64,000 nucleotides of DNA from Vicugna vicugna. Lineage: Eukaryota. The notes under the pieces are model-generated. The model saw only the letters and a list, made by a program, of their open reading frames with translations. It had not been told where the DNA came from and did no database searches. Shown here piece by piece: positions 57,521-64,000 of this stretch. Both the position numbers and the translations under genes were made by a program. The stretch's first letter is position 1. Every line of letters starts with the position of its first letter. The stretch covers positions 1,603,062 through 1,667,061 of the forward strand of contig MU057809.1 of the NCBI GenBank assembly GCA_013265495.1. Reading direction: 5' to 3'.

Positions 57521-59424
57521 CGCATAGATCTTTCCACTGGAAGATCCTGCCTCTTAAAGGACGAGACCAGCAGCGGGGGGTGGTGCCGACTGCACAAAGC
57601 TGGTCGGGCAGGGGTGGCTGCAGCACCAGCAGCATCCGTGCTGTGGGGGCAGAGCCTGGGCCCTGCCCCACCACTGCCGCACGTGACTATGAGGACTGCA
57701 CATTCCTGAGCCAGAGTGGAGGGTGGAAGGAAGGTTCCACAGAGATCACACGGGGAGGATGGAGCCCTCTGCTGGGGTACGGTGTTTGCAGACCGTCCCT
57801 CTGGCTCCGCCAGTGTGTGAGCAGCTGGAGAAACAGAGGACTGTGATGTGAGAGATGTGCTGGGGGAGCCTGGCTGCAGGGACGGATCGGGGAAGAGAGA
57901 GCACTGGCCCGAGGAGGTGAGAAGGGGAGCCTGCATTACCCCTTGTGCTGGGCCATTTCACAAATTTGACAGCAACCATGATCATCTCAGAGCCCCGAAC
58001 AAATCACAGCCAAAAAGGCTGCCCTGCTGAAAACAGTCACCCCGTCAAAACCCCTGACCCACAAGCAGGAGCAGCTCAAAGAGACCTCGGGGGGACGAGA
58101 CGCGGGTGTGACCTCTGCACACAGCGTGTCCCAGCCGTGCTCTCCCCGTGCACCGTGGCGCGGGTAAGCAGTCTGGCATCTAGGAAACTGAAGACTGAAT
58201 TTTGCTTTAGTAGAAAAGCATTTTTAAGGGGCTTCCTTGATAACTGTCCTTTCCTTATCTTTCTGTTCCCATATTTAAATCTATTTGAATTTTTCTAGAT
58301 CTACTGGATAATGCAATAGATCGATAGGGTAGATTTCCTTTCATCTTCACAGTCACCCCAGAAGATTGGGACGTAGCCCAGGAGACTAGTGGGGGGGGGT
58401 CCATCCAGCGGGGAAGGGGGAGAGCTGCACTCCAGCCCCAGACCTCAGGAATAACAGCAAAGGTAATAGTACGTCACAGCGTCTCCTGTTTTCTCATTTT
58501 GTGCTGGGTGTCACTGAGAAGCCGGAAAGTGATCAGTATTAATATCCAGATCTCACTGGGGAGAAGTGACTGTCAGAGAACTGATGTGACCATGGGCCGG
58601 CACAGGTGAGCAGTTCTGACCGGAACCCAGGTCCGGGGCCACAGCCTGACACTCCTCCCCAGCCCCCACTCAGCCTTGAACCCAAAAGGTGGAATGTGGA
58701 CCTTCCTCCCTTGGCCTGACCTCTTCTGAACACAAGTTTCACAGATCTGGTTTTGCAAGACAAGCAGCAACAGTGGTCACGCTCTGGGTTGGGGTGGTCA
58801 TCTGGGAATTCTGGCCCACGTGGGACTTAACCACGGTCCCGATTCCCGGGAGGCACCGTCTGCAAGCCTAATTCGGGGCTAAGGCAAGAGAGAACGGAAG
58901 GCAGTTTTGAACTGATAGGAGGAGCTCCGTTTATCAGCGATTGGCGTTGCTTTTCATCATAACCATCTGAACATTGGGACTCGGTTTGGCCTTTCATGCA
59001 TGAAGCGCTGTAGTCATCAACCCAGACCCAGCCCTCCGGTCCTGGGAAGCAAGGCTTCTACATGAAGTGTGGAGAGACACGGTGTAGCAAAGTGCAGAAG
59101 GAGTCGGGGACACGGCCCCACCAGCACCAATTCAGCCTGGAACCTTCCATCCACCCCTGGGCCCTCTGAGTCCCAGCACCTCCCTCAGTCCTTCGCCCTC
59201 TAGTTTGAGTCTCTGCCTCCCGGCGGTCCTGGCAACAAACAGACTCTGGGGCCCAGACTACTTACAGGAGGACATCGGGGTCTCACGCTCCTTCTCCATG
59301 CCCTCCCCCCCCAACGGCGCCCAGTACAGTGTCACCCAGGGCCACTGAGTGATTCAAACAAGATCGTCTCCTTCTTCTTGGAAGAGTTAGGTTTGCAAGT
59401 CATTTTAAAAGATCACACAAAGCA

Positions 59425-59845
59425 TGAATGTATAGACAAAATGTAGTCCATCCATGCCATGGAATACGATTCAAGCCTTTAAAAGGAAGGGAGCTCTGAC
59501 ACCTGCTACAACAGGGATGGACCCAGAGGATGTGATGCTCAGTGAAATAAGCCAGACGCAGAAGGACAAATGCTATATGACTCCACTGACACGGGGCCCC
59601 TAGAGGAGTCAAACTCACAGAGACAGAGATCCGCGTGGTGGTCGCCAGGGGCTGGAGGAGGGGGGCGGGGGATTGCTTAGCAGGGACGGAGGCTCAGCTT
59701 AAGGCGGAAAGTTCCAGAGATGACTGTTGGTGATGGTTGTACAATGATGTGAATGTACTTAATGCCCCTGAACTGTGTGCTTAAAAGTGGTTAAGATGGT
59801 AAATTTTATGTTCTATATATTTTGACCACAATTTTAAAAAAAAAA
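59425..59845 (+). mobile_element. L1MB3-like 3' end
   Basis: GCTCAGTGAAATAAGCCAGACGCAGAAGGACAAAT, GTGAATGTACTTAATGCC, CTTAAAAGTGGTTAAGATGGTAAATTTTATG, A tail. Confidence 0.9.
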
Positions 59846-60989
59846 GACCATCAGTGCACAGATTCAAGACTGTCTGGGTTGGAGGCCTCCCAGCCTTCCT
59901 TTTTGATACGGGTGCTGATAAAATCCACAAACATCCAAACCATTTTGCAGGGATGTAACGAGGCTGAGTCCCAGGCCCCCTCTGTCCCCCACCTCCCACC
60001 CCGATCAGCCCTGGCCCACGGGGGACCACCATCTCTACACAGCTGCCTTGCGGGTGGGGAGAAGGGGCGACTCAGGGCAAGGACAGAAGTGGAGAATTTC
60101 AGCCAAATTTCTGTCCTGGCATTAACCCATGGCGCTGGGGACCTCTGGTCACATGAACCACAGAGGAGGCGCCCAATAATCGTCCAGTGACAGACTGACG
60201 TTTCTTTCTTTCCTGGGAGGCTGGGCGCCTTACACTTTCAGGAGAGGCTATAAATGGCAGGAGGAATTTTTTCATACTACCAAAGACTTGGAGGGCAGGC
60301 TGGGCAGAGGTTAGTTTGGTCCAAGACCAGGTTTGTGCAGATGGCAGCTCTGCAGAGTGGGTGCTGGGATCCCAGACAAGCGTCCCTACCCAGCAAGGCG
60401 GCCCTGCTCCCTGCAGCGGAACTGTCTCCCTGGGGCCCCTCCAACTGTGCTCTGAATTCTGAAGGGATGGAGAACCCCTCTCCCCTCCCTGTGCAGAGAG
60501 GTCAGGAGACCTTGGGAGGGGGCCCTTCCAGCCTGGGCAGTGTCCTGGGGGAGGTCACTGTCCCAGGGGAGGGGACTTCAGGTGCGAGCCCACTAGGACC
60601 TCATCCTGGCTTGCTGGGAACCTGGGCCCCTTCTGGTTCCACGCTCTCCCCATGGGAGGCGCTGTCCTTTCCCCTCCCCTCCCAGGAGCCCCACCTTCTC
60701 AGGAGCCTCCGAGTCAGGCCTGGCTGTGGTCTGGAAACTTCCTCTCCTTTCAGGTCTTAGAAAAAGTTCTTTTTCCTCTCTCTGGGGCAGGTGCACCACG
60801 GGGCGCCCTGCCTGGCCACTGCCCCCGACCACCCCCCACCCCCGCTTCATCCCTTTCTTCTCTGAGGGGCGTGGGGACTTTGCCAGGCAGAGCCACTGAG
60901 AGACTGACGGTCCGCGGGAAACACGGAGGCGAGACATAGGAAGAAAGGAAGGTGGAAAAAAGAAGGTTTGGAAGGCTGGGAGGGCGGAG

Positions 60990-61700
60990 AGGGAGATGGA
61001 GTTGGGGGAAAGGGGAAAGAGATGGAGAGAGAGGGATGGGGTCCAGTCCCGTCGGGCGAGCAGAGCGAGCCACTTCAGACCCCGGCCCGCCGCCCCCACT
61101 CCTTGCAGCCGCCGGCTCCCGTCCGAAGCCCCAGCCCTCGGTCCCCGCCGCCCGGACCGTCCGAGGGGCGCCGCCCGCCCAGCGGCTGCAGGGCCGGGAG
61201 GGGGCTGCGCGCCACCCGGGCAGGAGTCCGGAGGCCAGAGGAGGCAAAAGAGAGAAAAAAGGAGAGAAAGTGTGTCATAGGCTGGAAGGGGGAGGGAAAT
61301 GCAAAACCCGACAGGAAATGAGACTGAAAAAATGCAAAAGGTTAGAAAAAGTGATAAGGAAGAGGGGGAGGGGCGGGGCCTGGGCCCCGGCGGGCGNNNN
61401 NNNNNNNNNNNNNNNNNNNNNNNNNNNNNNNNNNNNNNNNNNNNNNNNNNNNNNNNNNNNNNNNNNNNNNNNNNNNNNNNNNNNNNNNNNNNNNNNNNNN
61501 NNNNNNNNNNNNNNNCCGCGGGGACGCGGAGGGGTGGGCCCGGGCCGGGGGAGCCCGGCGGGCGCGGGGGCCGCGCCCTGCGGCGGGGCGCGCGAGGCCG
61601 GACCCCTCCCGGGGGCCTCAGCCCCCACCTGGCTCCCACCCCGGCTAAGAGAGCCTGCCAGAGCCCAGAAGCGGCCTGGGGAACCGACGCCCCCTGTGGC
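60990..61700. promoter_or_regulatory. Main CpG island; probable promoter/first exon of an unidentified gene
   Basis: Very high GC/CpG on both sides of a gap; GC box GGGGCGGGGC 61370-61379, GATA-type TGATAA 61352-61357, ETS-type CAGGAAAT 61312-61319. Confidence 0.75.
61397..61515. other. Assembly gap (119 N)
   Basis: Run of N at the GC-richest point of the CpG island. Confidence 1.
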
Positions 61701-63509
61701 TTCTTTGTGGGACACTGAGGCAGCTGACCTTTTAGAAGAACTGGCCCCATTTTGAAGAAATCCCAGAGGCATCGCTGCGATTTTCCGGGAGGCTTTTCCC
61801 ACAAAGGAGTCTTGCAGGCTGGGCACCCCCAGGCCGCTTCCCTCCCCCTGCGGCTGTTCTGAAAGCTTCCTGGGGCTTGCCTGGCGGCCAGCACCCTTCC
61901 GATGACCTCACACACCCCTCCTGGACACTTGATAGTGACAGGTGTCCCTGAACCTCCTCGCCCCAGCCTCATGCCCTCCGCCACCCCCACCCCTGGCTGG
62001 CACTCTCGGACCCCACGCCTGTAAGGGAACTTGTGACTTAAGGGTGTCATCGTTTTAATGACTCACCCCCCAAAGCTGTGACATAGGCCCCTGGCTGTGC
62101 TGTTCTTTCATAGGGCTGTTCGGGTGGGAAGGTCCCAAGGGCTTATCCGGACGGTGAACTTGAGCATCGGGACAAACTGGGCGCTTCTGGAGAACACTGG
62201 GTTCTAGTCTGCGGACTGAGGGTTTACGGGTTTCCCCAGCCTCCACTCGGCTCCTGCTCTGCCTCGGCTTACCACTTCTCCCCTCCCCTCTTTGACCCCC
62301 CACCGCTGCAGATGAACCCTCCCTCCCAGTGTGTTCTAAGTCTTCTGAGTGAAGTTCCTGGAGCTCCCGGAGGCAAAGGCATTCGATCTATTAAGAAACT
62401 AAGCACGAAGATAAACAAATAATGGTGCTGTGGTCCGAGCACCGGAGAACCTGAACGTGAAGTCTCGGCAGTTTCGAGGCGCGTGGGCCAGGCACTCAGG
62501 GAGACACACGTTTGCTTTCTGCACAGCATGCTCAAAAACGCCACCAGGAACTGCAGAGAGAAAGTTCCTAAAATAAACGCCCGAGGCCCACAGCATCCAG
62601 GTCCCCAGCCCCCAGCGACCGGCCGGGAACAGGGCTGGAATCGCTCTTGCACTTGGTGAACCTCTAAATCAGCCGTGTGGTTTAAAGGAGAACTCTGGTT
62701 TTCCTTATGCAGGGGAGGGAGGGTAGACATGCCTTAAAACAACACAAAAACTGACACAAATCCTGCAAAAAGGCTTGACGAGTTTTCCCACAGTGAACAC
62801 GCCCCAGTGATCAACATGCCATTTATAAAGTTTTTGAACTTCAGAGGCAAGAGATCTGACAAGATCTGACCTATGCTGTTTGAGATCAGAATGTGACCTA
62901 TCCTCGGTCGGGGGTGACTGGTAGGCGGCTACAAGGGAGTTGTGGGGTGCAGACCAAGTTCTGTGTTTTGCTGTGTGTGTGGATCACCCCTCCCTGTGTG
63001 ACAGCTAGCAGAACGGCCGCCTGCATAGACCTCCTTCTGCCTGGGCCCCTAAAGCAGCACCCTCTGATTTATCTGTAGTAAAAGACACCTCCCACTCTCT
63101 ACCTTTAAAAAATGTTCTCATCTGTTACAGACTGATGCTTTTGTAAAATATAATAAAAATGAATCTAGACAGTCAAATTAAAAAAAAAGATACTCAAGAT
63201 TCAGGCCCGCTGATTGAGCTTGGTCATCGTGGCAATGCCAAAACGCTGTGAAGGTATGTAAGTGCTCAGTCTGGATTTCTGGGCTTATCCGGATGGTCGA
63301 GGGCTGGCGCACAGGCCAGACTTTGCGTGTCACTGTCTTGGGGGAAAGGCAGCCTTGCTGGTGCACCACGTCTGCCCCGAGAGCCCGGCCAGCCTCTCGA
63401 TGAGGCAGTCAGAAGACGTCAGTCAACGGGGCCTTTGCAGACACGGACAGGAATCAGCAGCCGGAAAGAGAGGGACCCTCGATGAACAAATAGGGCAACT
63501 GTCTCCCTA

Positions 63510-64000
63510 GGGTAACACTGAGGAGAGAACAGAACATAATGATCCAAAAAACCATCTAATGAGTATCCTCGGAGAGACGCAAGCGGAGATCACATCCATC
63601 AAATAAGAACAGAGTGCTGCGAAAGGGGCTGCCTGAAGAAAGGCCGGTTCGTGGAAATTAAAAACACAGTTGTCAAAATAATAGGATGAATAAATAAAAT
63701 TCAATAGAAGGGCTGGACGAAGATGTCTGTCGAGCGTATCTCCTAGGCTGGAAAGCCGAAACAAATGAAACCCACCAAGACGTGCAAAGCACGAGGGGAA
63801 AGTTGAGACGCAAGTGATCAACTCGAAAAGACCCTTGTCCACTCAGAAAGCGTCCCCAGCAGGGAAAGAGACACCTACTCGAGGGAGGGGTCAATTACAA
63901 AATGATCGTGACACTTGTCAGAGCTGAAGAGTGATGTAATTCTCCACAACGAGAGCCTGTATGATGAATAAAAGATCTGCCTCTAGACACATCCACAGAC
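63510..64000 (+). mobile_element. HAL1/L1 ORF1-like fragment (runs off the window)
   Basis: TGGAAATTAAAAACACAG, AAATTCAATAGAAGGGCTGGA, CAGAGCTGAAG, CTAGACACATCC; same family of blocks as 6640-8285. Confidence 0.65.

Noticed and set aside
60990..61700. Naming the gene served by the main CpG island
   Set aside because: No coding sequence is visible and I do not recognise the flanks; any symbol would be a guess
60593..62050. 485-aa minus-strand ORF and overlapping ORFs across the CpG island
   Set aside because: They read through 119 Ns, are low-complexity G/P/R/A-rich as expected from GC-rich DNA, and show no recognisable domain

Overview
Mammalian non-coding DNA, almost certainly camelid (camel/alpaca/llama): it carries two tRNA-Ala-derived vic-1-type SINEs, several 5'-truncated cetartiodactyl L1 3' ends and a Tigger1 deletion derivative. 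I could not identify any protein-coding exon, RNA gene or known gene; the ORF track is explained by high GC content and decayed repeats. The GC-rich window is dense in old MaLR/ERV LTRs, MIR, L2, HAL1 and DNA-transposon relics, with a roughly 16-kb nested L1 block (about 35-51 kb). There are four CpG-island-like regions (about 5.3-5.9, 25.9-26.4, 34.1-34.4 and 61.0-61.7 kb); the last contains a 119-N assembly gap that may hide a first exon. Most notable observations: (1) an intact 606-bp solo ERV1-type LTR (21992-22597) with seven perfect NF-Y boxes, two octamer motifs, a TATA box and a polyA signal; (2) a probable L1 3' transduction (35812-36842); (3) a MER41-like LTR with degenerate GAS positions next to a CpG island; (4) indirect signs of a long minus-strand transcription unit; (5) local CpG enrichment inside old repeats. 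I found no convincing evidence of a new biological system. Repeat family names come from visual recall of consensus sequences, and boundaries are approximate unless a target-site duplication (TSD) is given.
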